Source: an uncultured Bacteroidales bacterium (GTDB lineage Bacteria; Bacteroidota; Bacteroidia; Bacteroidales; UBA932). From it: 64,000 bases of DNA. The DNA lies in the NCBI GenBank assembly GCA_947305645.1, contig CAMZEC010000001.1, forward strand, positions 44,880 through 108,879. Direction: 5' to 3'. Positions 19,832 through 28,514 of the stretch are shown piece by piece. The position numbers and the translations under genes were made by a program. The notes under the pieces are model-generated. The model ran no database searches. It was not told the DNA's origin and was given only the letters and a program-made list of their open reading frames with translations. Position 1 is the stretch's first letter. The number at the start of each line of letters is the position of its first letter.

Positions 19832-19935
19832 AAATAGCACATAACGTCGTCGGTCGTCCTTTTGATGGGACGACCGATGTCATTTTTGGCCTTTTTTGCT
19901 GCTCGTCCGCCCATGAAAAAGCAGACGGACGACAG
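19832..19935 (-). repeat. REP-like double hairpin, family B copy 3 (solo, between convergent genes)
   Basis: Reverse complement of 14813-14916 with 2 mismatches. Confidence 0.9.
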
Positions 19936-19953
19936 TATGGGGGGGGCAAAACT

Positions 19954-22128
19954 TTAGCTGATAAACAGAAGCTCGCGGTACTTGGGAAGCGGCCACATCT
20001 TGTTGTCGACCACTTCTTCCAGCTTGTCGATGGGCTTGCGGAGGGAGTAGAGGCTCTCTGCGATGTCGTGGTATGCCAGGGCGCGCTCGTAAATGTCCTC
20101 GATCATGTTGGCCTTCTTGCGGGCCTCTTTCATGGCGGTAGCCTTTACGCGCACTTCTTCCACATATTTGGTGATATCGTCCAGGATTATCATCTCCGTG
20201 GTGCAGCCGTCCAGGTTGCCGAAGACTTCCTTGGCCAATGAAACTTCCTTCAGGAGCTTGGCCTTGTACTCGAGTGCGGCGGGGATTATATGGTTGAGGG
20301 CCATCCTCACCATCACGCGGGACTCTATCTGAACCTTCTTTACGTAGGTTTCCCACTTAACCTCGTTGCGGGCCTCCAGCTCCTTCTCGGTGTAGACGCC
20401 GGTCTTGGTAAACATCTCCACGGACGCGGGCTTGGTGAACTCGCAGAACATCCTGGGCACGTTGGTCTCCACGTCGAGGCCGCGGCGCTTTGCTTCCTTC
20501 TTCCATTCCTCGGTGTAGCCGTTGCCGTCGAAGCAGACGGTGCCGAGCACGGACTTGATGATAGGCTTGAGGACGTCCATCACGGCGACGTTCAGCGTCT
20601 TGCCTGCAGCGAGTTCCTTGTCGACGTCGGCCTTGAAGGCGATGAGCTGCTCGGCCACGGCGGCGTTAAGCGTAGTCATGGCACCGGCACAGTTGGCGCT
20701 GGAGCCCACTGCGCGGAACTCGAAGCGGTTGCCGGTAAAGGCGAAAGGAGAGGTGCGGTTGCGGTCGGTGTTGTCCAGGAAGACCTCCGGAATTTCCACC
20801 AGGCCGACGCTCTTAGTCTTCTTGCCGGCAATTTCGATGGGTGTATCGGAAGGCACCTCAAGGAGTTTGTACAGCACCTCAGTCATAGCACGGCCGAGGA
20901 AAGCGGATACTATTGCGGGCGGGGCCTCGTTGGCACCCAGTCGGTGGGCGTTGGTGGCGCTGGCAATGGAGGCCTTCAGCAGGGCGTTGTGCTTCTGCAC
21001 GGCTGCGAGCACGTTCACGAAGAAGGTGACGAACTGCAGGTTGCCTTTGGCGTCTTTGCCGGGAGCGAGGAGCTGTGTGCCCGTATCGGTGCCCAGCGAC
21101 CAGTTGTTGTGCTTGCCGGAACCGTTCACGCCGTCGAAAGGCTTCTCGTGCAGAAGGACCACGAAGCCGTGCTTGCGGGCAATGAAGTTCATCAGGTTCA
21201 TCACTATCTGGTTCTGGTCGTTCGCGAGGTTGGTTTCGCCGTAGATGGGGGCCAGTTCGAACTGGTTGGGGGCCACCTCGTTGTGGCGGGTCTTGAGAGG
21301 TATGCCCAGCTTGTGCCCGGCAACCTCCAGGTCACGCATGAAGGCGGAAACGCGCGGCGGAATGGCGGCAAAATAATGGTCGTCCAGCTGCTGGTTCTTG
21401 GAGGAGTTGTGGCCGAAGAGGGTGCGGCCGGTGATCATAAGGTCCGTGCGGGCGGAATAGAGGCCCTCGTCCACGAGGAAATACTCCTGCTCCCAGCCGA
21501 GGTAGGAGTATACTTTGCTGACCTCGGGGTCAAAGAGTTTGCAGATGGGCACGGCTGCGTCGCTCACGGCCTTGAGGGCCTTCTTGAGTGGTGTTTTGTA
21601 ATCCAGAGCCTCGCCGGTGTAGGAAATAAAGACGGTAGGAATACAAAGTGTATCGTCCAGAATGAAGACAGGGGAGGTAGGATCCCATGCGGTGTAGCCG
21701 CGGGCCTCGAAGGTGGCACGGATGCCGCCGCTGGGGAAGGACGATGCGTCAGGCTCCTGCTGGGCCAGCATCTTGCCGTCGAAGGTTTCTATAACTCCAC
21801 CCTTTCCGTCGTAGTCGATCAGAGAATCGTGCTTTTCGGCTGTGCCTTCTGTGAGAGGCTGGAACCAGTGGGTGACGTGCGTTACGCCATGCTCCATGGC
21901 CCATTCCTTCATGCCGCGGGCGACGCCGTCGGCAGTCTTGCGGTCCAGAGGCTTGCCGCCCTCGATGCAGTCCAACAAGGCGTGGAGGCTTTCGGCATCA
22001 AGATACTTACACATCTTCCTGCGGTCGAAGACCAGCTCTCCGTAATAATCGGAAGTCTTGCCTGCCGGGACGTTCGCGGGGATTTCCTTTTTCTCAAAGG
22101 ATTCCTTTACTAAATCAAATCTATCCAT
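19954..22128 (-). CDS. glnA: Glutamine synthetase type III
   Basis: THWFQPLT..TAEKHD, EPDASSFPSGG.R.TFEARGYTAWD, HNEVAPNQFE, NGSGKHNNWS, DRNRTSPFAFTGNRFEFR. Confidence 0.97.
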   Translation of the reverse strand: MDRFDLVKESFEKKEIPANVPAGKTSDYYGELVFDRRKMCKYLDAESLHALLDCIEGGKPLDRKTADGVARGMKEWAMEHGVTHVTHWFQPLTEGTAEKHDSLIDYDGKGGVIETFDGKMLAQQEPDASSFPSGGIRATFEARGYTAWDPTSPVFILDDTLCIPTVFISYTGEALDYKTPLKKALKAVSDAAVPICKLFDPEVSKVYSYLGWEQEYFLVDEGLYSARTDLMITGRTLFGHNSSKNQQLDDHYFAAIPPRVSAFMRDLEVAGHKLGIPLKTRHNEVAPNQFELAPIYGETNLANDQNQIVMNLMNFIARKHGFVVLLHEKPFDGVNGSGKHNNWSLGTDTGTQLLAPGKDAKGNLQFVTFFVNVLAAVQKHNALLKASIASATNAHRLGANEAPPAIVSAFLGRAMTEVLYKLLEVPSDTPIEIAGKKTKSVGLVEIPEVFLDNTDRNRTSPFAFTGNRFEFRAVGSSANCAGAMTTLNAAVAEQLIAFKADVDKELAAGKTLNVAVMDVLKPIIKSVLGTVCFDGNGYTEEWKKEAKRRGLDVETNVPRMFCEFTKPASVEMFTKTGVYTEKELEARNEVKWETYVKKVQIESRVMVRMALNHIIPAALEYKAKLLKEVSLAKEVFGNLDGCTTEMIILDDITKYVEEVRVKATAMKEARKKANMIEDIYERALAYHDIAESLYSLRKPIDKLEEVVDNKMWPLPKYRELLFIS

Positions 22129-22159
22129 AGATACACTATATTAAACTAACTAAATACAC

Positions 22160-22198
22160 AAAAAAAACAGAGAGGCCAGTCCGCCGGACCAGCCTCTC
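22160..22198 (-). terminator. Intrinsic terminator in the glnA 5' leader
   Basis: GAGAGGCTGGTCC-GGC-GGACTGGCCTCTC (13 bp, 2 G-U) then TG and T8, about 30 nt before the glnA ATG. Confidence 0.85.
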
Positions 22199-22241
22199 AA
22201 ATATTATCAGTTTCTTAATTTGTGTGCCTTTCAGGCTGGTG

Positions 22242-22325
22242 TTATACACACGTTGAAACTCTCAGGACCTGCTGGTTCTGAGCCTGCTGCTGGAAATTGT
22301 TATTGGTGTATAACACTGTTTGCAA
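22242..22325 (-). CDS. Putative Gln-rich attenuator leader peptide MQTVLYTNNNFQQQAQNQQVLRVSTCV
   Basis: TTG start (alternative GTG at 22316), 7 Gln and 4 Asn codons in 27, TAA at 22244-22242 just before the antiterminator arm. Confidence 0.7.
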   Translation of the reverse strand: MQTVLYTNNNFQQQAQNQQVLRVSTCV

Positions 22326-22339
22326 ATCTTTTTCGGGCG

Positions 22340-22366
22340 CAAGATACAAAAAAATCATTAAATTTG
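22340..22366. promoter_or_regulatory. Divergent promoter elements (glnA leader / pheS operon)
   Basis: Minus-strand TATCTTG (22346-22340, variant -7) and plus-strand TAAATTTG (22359-22366). Confidence 0.5.
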
Positions 22367-22374
22367 TCAGTTGT

Positions 22375-22794
22375 ATGAGAAAAATCATCACATTACTAGC
22401 GGCATTTGCGCTCTGCGTTGCAGCCTACGCGCAGGACCAGAAGACGCCTGAACAGCGTGAAAAAGAGTTCTACGAGGCCATCGAGAAGCAGGTGGAGACC
22501 ATGGAACAGCAGCTGGACCTGGAGGTCTGGCAGGTCTTCTACGTGGACAGCATTCTGACTCACGACTACAAGGCCATGCAGGAGGAGTTCGCAGATATGT
22601 CCAAGGCCAAGATGTCCAACCCCGACCTCTTCTACGACGTTCAGGACAAGTGGATGGAGCAGATTTATCAGTCTATACATAAAGTGTTGGACGAGAAGCA
22701 GTGGGCCCAGTATGAGAAACTGGGCGCGGCTCGCGACAAAAGGGCACGCGAAAAACGTGCAGCCAAGAAAAACAACAAAGCAGGAAAGAAATGA
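22375..22794 (+). CDS. Exported helical hypothetical protein
   Basis: ATG 22375, signal peptide ending AYA, charged helical body; ATGA-coupled to pheS. Confidence 0.75.
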   Translation: MRKIITLLAAFALCVAAYAQDQKTPEQREKEFYEAIEKQVETMEQQLDLEVWQVFYVDSILTHDYKAMQEEFADMSKAKMSNPDLFYDVQDKWMEQIYQSIHKVLDEKQWAQYEKLGAARDKRAREKRAAKKNNKAGKK

Positions 22795-23828
22795 AAAGGG
22801 AAGATATTGACAAGATACTTCAGCAGCTCGAAGAGCTCAAGTGCAAGACTCAGAAGGAAGTAGAAGAGGCGCGCGTGCGCTTTCTTGGCAAGAAGGGCGA
22901 GGTGACGGCTCTCTTTGAGGAGTTCCGCGCCATAGACAAGGCCCAGAAGGCCGAGTTCGGCAAGCCCCTCAACGAGCTGAAGCAGAGAGTCCAGGCCAAG
23001 ATAGACGAGCTCAAGAACAGCGCGGCAGACGAAGGTGCCGCCAACGGCCCGCGTCTCGACCTCAGCATGCCCGGCGACCCGTATGAGCTGGGTTCCCGCC
23101 ACCCCGTCAGTATCGTCCGTCAGGAGATAGTCGACATCTTCCGCAAGTTCGGTTACGACGTGGCAGAGGGCCCGGAGATAGAAGACGACTACCATGTGTT
23201 CGAGGCCCTCAACTTCCCGGCAAACCACCCTGCCCGCGACATGCAGGACACCTTCTTCGTGTCTGCCGGCCACCTCAACCCGCTCCTGCTCCGCACCCAC
23301 ACCTCCAGCGTGCAGGTACGCACCATGGAGCGCATGGAGCCGCCCATCCGCGTCATCTGCCCCGGCCGCGTGTTCCGCAACGAGGCTATCAGCGCCCGCG
23401 CACACTGCATCTTCCATCAGGTGGAAGGCCTCTACATCGACGAAGGCGTGACTTTCGCCGACCTCAAGCAGGCTATTCTCCTTTTCGCGCGCGAGATGTT
23501 CGGCCCCGACACGCAGATCCGTATGCGCCCCAGCTATTTCCCCTTCACCGAACCCTCTGCCGAGGTGGACGTGAGCTGCAACATCTGCCACGGGCAGGGC
23601 TGCAATATCTGCAAGGGAACCGGTTGGCTGGAGATACTCGGATGCGGCATGGTAGACCCCAACGTGCTCGAGGCCAGCGGCATCGACTCCAAGAAGTACA
23701 GCGGCTTCGCATTCGGCATGGGCTTGGAGCGCATTGCCATGCTTAAGTGGAGGGTAAACGACCTCCGCCACTACTTTGAAAACGACATGCGTTTCCTGCA
23801 GGAATTCGCATCGGCTCCGGAAGTATAA
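22791..23828 (+). CDS. pheS: Phenylalanine--tRNA ligase alpha subunit
   Basis: HPARDMQDTF, LLRTHTS, FHQVEG, RPSYFPFTEPS, GFAFGMG.ER. Confidence 0.98.
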   Translation: MKREDIDKILQQLEELKCKTQKEVEEARVRFLGKKGEVTALFEEFRAIDKAQKAEFGKPLNELKQRVQAKIDELKNSAADEGAANGPRLDLSMPGDPYELGSRHPVSIVRQEIVDIFRKFGYDVAEGPEIEDDYHVFEALNFPANHPARDMQDTFFVSAGHLNPLLLRTHTSSVQVRTMERMEPPIRVICPGRVFRNEAISARAHCIFHQVEGLYIDEGVTFADLKQAILLFAREMFGPDTQIRMRPSYFPFTEPSAEVDVSCNICHGQGCNICKGTGWLEILGCGMVDPNVLEASGIDSKKYSGFAFGMGLERIAMLKWRVNDLRHYFENDMRFLQEFASAPEV

Positions 23829-23830
23829 TT

Positions 23831-23956
23831 ATGAAAAGAAAATATATCAGACCCGAGTTCTGCTTTGAGCCGGCGGAAATCGGACAGGACATTCTGTTGT
23901 CCAGCAATGAGGGCTACGACGTAGATCCCGTAGATCCCGGTTTTGACATGTATTAA
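23831..23956 (+). CDS. Small 41-aa peptide MKRKYIRPEFCFEPAEIGQDILLSSNEGYDVDPVDPGFDMY
   Basis: Fills the pheS-lipoprotein gap (2-nt and 12-nt spacers); K-x-Y-x-x-P...L-x-x-S pattern with acidic tail. Confidence 0.65.
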   Translation: MKRKYIRPEFCFEPAEIGQDILLSSNEGYDVDPVDPGFDMY

Positions 23957-23968
23957 TATTAGTGAGCC

Positions 23969-26038
23969 ATGAGAAAACTGTTCAAACTGGCGGCAATGGC
24001 CGCAGCCATCGTTACCGTATCTTGCTCCGAGCAGGCCTTGGAAATCTCAGTGGCTCCAGCCGCAACTGAGCAAGGCTTCGAGAAAGTTTTCTACGCCACC
24101 TTTGACGGAGAAACCAAGACCTATTTGTCCATGAACGATGCCGGCACCCATGCCGATGTGTTTTGGAATGCAGGGGATGAAATCATAGTTTTTGGAATAA
24201 AAAAAGATCCGGTAGGTCTTTATTATAATGTTTTTACCACCGGGGATGAAGGTTCATCAACCGCAAGTTTCACAGGCAGTTGTGATTGGAACGCGCGGGA
24301 CACAGATGAATTCAGGGCCTTTTATCCATGTGATACTGATATTTGGCCCCTCTCTTATGGAATAGACGAAGGAATCATAACTCATCCGGTTATTGTTCCT
24401 CCTTTCCAGCATGCAGTGGCGGGCGGTTTAGAAAAAGGTTTGAACATGGCCGTCGCGCTTAATGACAACCCGTATTCCGATGAGCTTCATTTCAAGAATA
24501 TCCTGTCTCTGGTTCGTTTCAGGCTAAGCGGAAGCGGTGTGAACAAAATCAGTAAAATCCGTTTTTCTTCAAAAGCATACCTTTCGGGAGACTGTGATTT
24601 CATCGTGGATAATATGTCGTTCCGTAAGGGTTATTATTTTCCCAATCTTGCCAAGTATGGAGGCCCTTTGGACTATGTGGAACTCGAGGGCTCTTTCGTA
24701 GCAGGGGAAGACTATTATATGGCCGTGATGCCTTGCACTTTGGACGGTTTCAACCTGCGCTTTTTCGATGACGAGGGTAATACTATTACGAAATCATCCA
24801 CAAAAACCATCGAGTTGCAACGCTCCAAGATTTCTGACTTCGGGACTATCTCTGTTGAAGATACTTTCGACGACTTGCCTTCCGGAGTCGAACGTTATAT
24901 GACCCAAACAAAAGGCAGTGAGCCTGTTTGTATTGCAGTAGTCGGCGACGCTTTTACCGCAGCCGAACAGGATAAATTCAAAACTGTCGCCCGGGAAGCC
25001 GTAGACGCTTTGTTCAGCACCGAGCCTTACAAGACTTATAAAGACTACTTCAATGTGTATCTGATGTCAGCCGTTTCCAACGAATCCGGTGCTACAGTAA
25101 CTGACGGCAATGGAAACATTGTTACTCCTCATGACACTTATTTTCGTGCAAGATGGGGCGCAAGCAGTTATAGTGATATGACCGCCGATTTTGATCGTGT
25201 TTTCAGTTTTGTCAGCGACCGGTGCCCCGAGATTTATAACAGCGGGCTCACTAGCGAAAAAGTTCCGGTGTTGCTTATCGTAAACGAAGACCGGTACGGA
25301 GGCAGGTGTACGAACTGGTCCACAGGAAGTTGTGTGGGTATCGTACCTACAGTGTACAGGACTTCCGGGGACAAGTTAATATGGTCTTTCCCTGATTCTG
25401 TTCCGGCTAATAACGAATCTCCGGATGGAGAAATGCGTAACCTAACCCAAGATGAACGAGATGCTATTGTAGCCCATGTGTATGGCACTTGGCTGAACAT
25501 TGCCGTTCACGAATTCGGCGGGCATGGCTTCGGGCGGCTTTATGATGAATACTGGTACGACCCGATAACTGTAGTAGGCCCACTTTCTGCTCACTCATGG
25601 GAGGTGCCTTTGGGATTGAATGTGTCTTCAAGCTATAATGATGTGCCCTGGCAATCCGAAGTCCTTGATGTTGTGAACGGAAGCGCAAGCATCTCCGTTA
25701 ATCAGGACAAGATGAGTATTTATTCTTCACGTGAAGGCATATTCCAGGGAGGAAATGTATGCACTCATGGTCGCTGGCGTTCGGAAATGGTAAGCTGCAT
25801 GATAGACAATCGCTTTTATTTCTCCCTTTGGCAGCGAATGCTAATCGTAAAGCGCATCATGAGCTTGGCCGGCGAGACATTCAACCTACAGGACTTTTAT
25901 GACAATGATGTGCCATACGATCCTACTCGTGACTCTCAGGCAGCAGGCGCCCCTGCACAGATAGCAAGGAAGGCCGGAAAGGGCACAATCGTTCACGAAG
26001 TGCCAATGCTGCCGCCTCCGGTGCTTATCTACAATTAG
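23969..26038 (+). CDS. Lipoprotein: fimbrillin-like N-terminus fused to M64 (IgA peptidase-like) domain
   Basis: Lipobox TVSC, ETKT, W..GD.I, AFYP and LHFKN.LS fimbrillin pattern; then GDAFT, EPYKTYKDYFNVY, HEFGGHGFGRLYDEY. Confidence 0.8.
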   Translation: MRKLFKLAAMAAAIVTVSCSEQALEISVAPAATEQGFEKVFYATFDGETKTYLSMNDAGTHADVFWNAGDEIIVFGIKKDPVGLYYNVFTTGDEGSSTASFTGSCDWNARDTDEFRAFYPCDTDIWPLSYGIDEGIITHPVIVPPFQHAVAGGLEKGLNMAVALNDNPYSDELHFKNILSLVRFRLSGSGVNKISKIRFSSKAYLSGDCDFIVDNMSFRKGYYFPNLAKYGGPLDYVELEGSFVAGEDYYMAVMPCTLDGFNLRFFDDEGNTITKSSTKTIELQRSKISDFGTISVEDTFDDLPSGVERYMTQTKGSEPVCIAVVGDAFTAAEQDKFKTVAREAVDALFSTEPYKTYKDYFNVYLMSAVSNESGATVTDGNGNIVTPHDTYFRARWGASSYSDMTADFDRVFSFVSDRCPEIYNSGLTSEKVPVLLIVNEDRYGGRCTNWSTGSCVGIVPTVYRTSGDKLIWSFPDSVPANNESPDGEMRNLTQDERDAIVAHVYGTWLNIAVHEFGGHGFGRLYDEYWYDPITVVGPLSAHSWEVPLGLNVSSSYNDVPWQSEVLDVVNGSASISVNQDKMSIYSSREGIFQGGNVCTHGRWRSEMVSCMIDNRFYFSLWQRMLIVKRIMSLAGETFNLQDFYDNDVPYDPTRDSQAAGAPAQIARKAGKGTIVHEVPMLPPPVLIYN

Positions 26039-26039
26039 T

Positions 26040-26846
26040 ATGCGTACTACTGAACAAGATTCCCGCTGGACAAACCTCGACAGCATGAGCACTTCCGAGT
26101 TGCTCTACGGCATCAATTCCGAAGACCGCGGAGTCACCAAGGCCGTCCGCCTCGCCATACCGCAGATACGGGAACTGGTAGACGGAATAGTGGAGCGTAT
26201 GCGCCGCGGCGGAAGGGTTTTCTACACCGGAGCCGGCACCAGCGGCCGCCTGGGTGTGGTTGACGCCTCCGAAATCCCACCGACCTACGGCGTGCGGGAC
26301 AAATTCATCGGCATCATTGCCGGCGGCGACGGAGCCATACGCACGGCGGTCGAAGGGGCGGAGGACGATGCCGCACAGGGGTGGCTGGATATCGAAGCAT
26401 TCGGACCTACCCCCGACGACACAGTGGTCGGAATAGCAGCCTCCGGCACCACTCCGTACGTGATAGGAGCCGTAAAGGGAGCACGCGAGCGCGGTCTGCT
26501 GACGGGGTGCATCACCTGCAACGACGGCTCTCCGGTTGCCGAAGCGGCCGAACTGCCGGTGGTGGCGGTCGTGGGACCCGAGTTCGTAACCGGCAGCACG
26601 CGCATGAAGGCGGGCACGGCTACCAAGCTGATACTCAATATGATATCCACCGCCACCATGATACGCCTCGGCCATGTGAAGGGCAGCAAAATGGTGGACA
26701 TGGAGCTTACGAACAACAAGCTGGTAGACCGCGGCGCCCGTATGATTATGGACGCCACCGGCATAAGCGATTACGACCAGGCGCGCGAGCTGCTGCTGCG
26801 GTACGGCCACGTGCGCGAGGCGGTAGAAGCATACTTGCGCAAATGA
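26040..26846 (+). CDS. murQ: N-acetylmuramic acid 6-phosphate etherase
   Basis: GAGTSGRLGVVDASE.PPTYG, GPEFVTGSTRMKAGTATK. Confidence 0.95.
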   Translation: MRTTEQDSRWTNLDSMSTSELLYGINSEDRGVTKAVRLAIPQIRELVDGIVERMRRGGRVFYTGAGTSGRLGVVDASEIPPTYGVRDKFIGIIAGGDGAIRTAVEGAEDDAAQGWLDIEAFGPTPDDTVVGIAASGTTPYVIGAVKGARERGLLTGCITCNDGSPVAEAAELPVVAVVGPEFVTGSTRMKAGTATKLILNMISTATMIRLGHVKGSKMVDMELTNNKLVDRGARMIMDATGISDYDQARELLLRYGHVREAVEAYLRK

Positions 26847-27682
26847 AAGTCATTGTAGAAAGCGGCGCCACCAAGAGCGACTGGCGCCTTGTTTCCGCTT
26901 CCGGCGAGCAGCTGGACCGCAAACTCCTACCCGGCATCAACGTATCTACGTCGAACATGGAGCACAACCTGGAAACCCTATCGCAGGGTGTGCGTGCCTT
27001 CAGCGGGGAAGCGCTGGACGGCATCTATTTCTATACCGCCGGCATCGTGACTCCGGACTTGCGTGCGCAGCTGGAGGCTTTCATACGTTCTCAGGCCGAG
27101 GTAGCCGAGGTGGAGATCTGCACCGACCTGGTAGCGGCAGCCCGTGCCGTCTGCGGCCGCCGGCCGGGAATCGTGGCCATTATCGGCACCGGTTCCAACA
27201 CCTGCTTCTACGACGGCGCTGAGGTGTCTCAGAAAGTGCGCTCCGGCGGCTATGTGATAGGGGACGAGGGCGGCGGAGCGTCGCTCGGCAAGCTGTTCCT
27301 GGCCGACTTTATCAAGGGACTCGTGCCAGCTGCAGTGGCGGAGGACTTCGCCTCAAAGTACGATTCCAGCTACGAGGGAATTGTGGCCGGGGTGTACCGT
27401 AGCGAATCGCCGGCAGGCTTCCTCGGGAGCTTTGCCCCTTTCATCTTGTCCCATTACGACGACCCTTATGTAAAGTCTCTGGTGGACGGCAACTTCTGCT
27501 CCTTTATCGAGCGTGCCCTGAAGCGCTACGACACCGAACGGTTTCCCGTGGGTGTGGTTGGCGGCTTCGCCTGGGCTAACAGGGCGATCTTCTCGCGCCT
27601 GTGCAAAGAAGCCGGCGTGCGGCTGGGCGTCTTCCTGCCCGAGCCCATCACCGGCCTCATCAAATATCACACTGCTGAATAG
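26843..27682 (+). CDS. BadF/BadG-type ATPase, probable GlcNAc/MurNAc kinase
   Basis: ESGATKSDW, IIGTGSN, GY.IGDEGGG; ATGA-coupled to murQ. Confidence 0.8.
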   Translation: MKVIVESGATKSDWRLVSASGEQLDRKLLPGINVSTSNMEHNLETLSQGVRAFSGEALDGIYFYTAGIVTPDLRAQLEAFIRSQAEVAEVEICTDLVAAARAVCGRRPGIVAIIGTGSNTCFYDGAEVSQKVRSGGYVIGDEGGGASLGKLFLADFIKGLVPAAVAEDFASKYDSSYEGIVAGVYRSESPAGFLGSFAPFILSHYDDPYVKSLVDGNFCSFIERALKRYDTERFPVGVVGGFAWANRAIFSRLCKEAGVRLGVFLPEPITGLIKYHTAE

Positions 27683-28438
27683 CTAGCGCTTGTTCTGCTT
27701 CTTTTCTGCCCTCTTCTGGTTGAAGATGTGGTAGGCTATGCTTACGTCCAGCTTGGGAACGACTTCCACACCTTCGCTCTTTCCGACTTCCGCTCCGCAC
27801 CAGGGACAGTCGTACTTGGTGGCGTTCTTGTAGCCGCCCAGTGCTCCTGCAGACAGTACCAGGTTGAGGTGCCTTGTAATCCATACGGAGCAACCTACAG
27901 ACAGGCCGCCGCCGTAGAAATCGCCCTGAAGGCGGTAGTCTCCGATTTCGGGATAAAGCCCCAGGGGAAGCTTGATGCCGCCTATGTTATAATGCGCGTA
28001 GATAAGGTCTGCGCCTGCGAAGAAGCCTTTGAATGTCTCTTTGGGCCACCAGCGGAAGTAGGGCAGAATGGCAAAATGGGGCCATTTTGTTTTGTTGTAC
28101 ATGTCGTTGTCCATGGGTGACCAGCGGGGCCAGATGGGCACGTGTGTGGCCGGGTTTATCCCGGGCTTGAAACCGCCGCTAATACCTGCGGAAAAGTGCC
28201 GGCCCAGGGGCATTTCGAAGCTCAGGTTGGGAGTTGCAATGCCTGCCCAGGCAAGGTTTATTCCGATGGCCGGAGCTGCGGCTCTCAAGGAATCGCGGAG
28301 TGCTTGCTTCGAACGTACGCATACGGTCGTGTCGGCTTGCCTGACGCACAGCGTGTCTTGCTGAGCATATCCGGTGAACGATGCTGCCGCCATCAGGACG
28401 GTGCTTAATATCAGGACTTTAACTTTCGAACAAATCAT
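27683..28438 (-). CDS. DUF3575-like outer-membrane protein
   Basis: NLAW...TPNLSFE, P.FRWW...F.GFF.G, YNIGG, R.QG...G.G, Y.C..CG. Confidence 0.75.
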   Translation of the reverse strand: MICSKVKVLILSTVLMAAASFTGYAQQDTLCVRQADTTVCVRSKQALRDSLRAAAPAIGINLAWAGIATPNLSFEMPLGRHFSAGISGGFKPGINPATHVPIWPRWSPMDNDMYNKTKWPHFAILPYFRWWPKETFKGFFAGADLIYAHYNIGGIKLPLGLYPEIGDYRLQGDFYGGGLSVGCSVWITRHLNLVLSAGALGGYKNATKYDCPWCGAEVGKSEGVEVVPKLDVSIAYHIFNQKRAEKKQNKR

Positions 28439-28514
28439 CGTGGACTACAAAATTAGACATATTTTGTCACATAATCAATCAAATTGCACTATATTTGCAG
28501 TAAGTCAATTCGCT

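Noticed and set aside
14813-19935. CRISPR array from repeated palindromes
   Set aside because: Three dispersed ~100-nt copies, no spacer periodicity, no cas genes
19147-22128. aqpZ as an ammonia channel linked to glnA
   Set aside because: Genes are convergent and the filter residues look like a water-selective AqpZ; no supporting evidence
22297-22374. Upstream extension of the exported protein ORF
   Set aside because: Overlaps the promoter region and glnA leader; ATG 22375 gives a clean signal peptide
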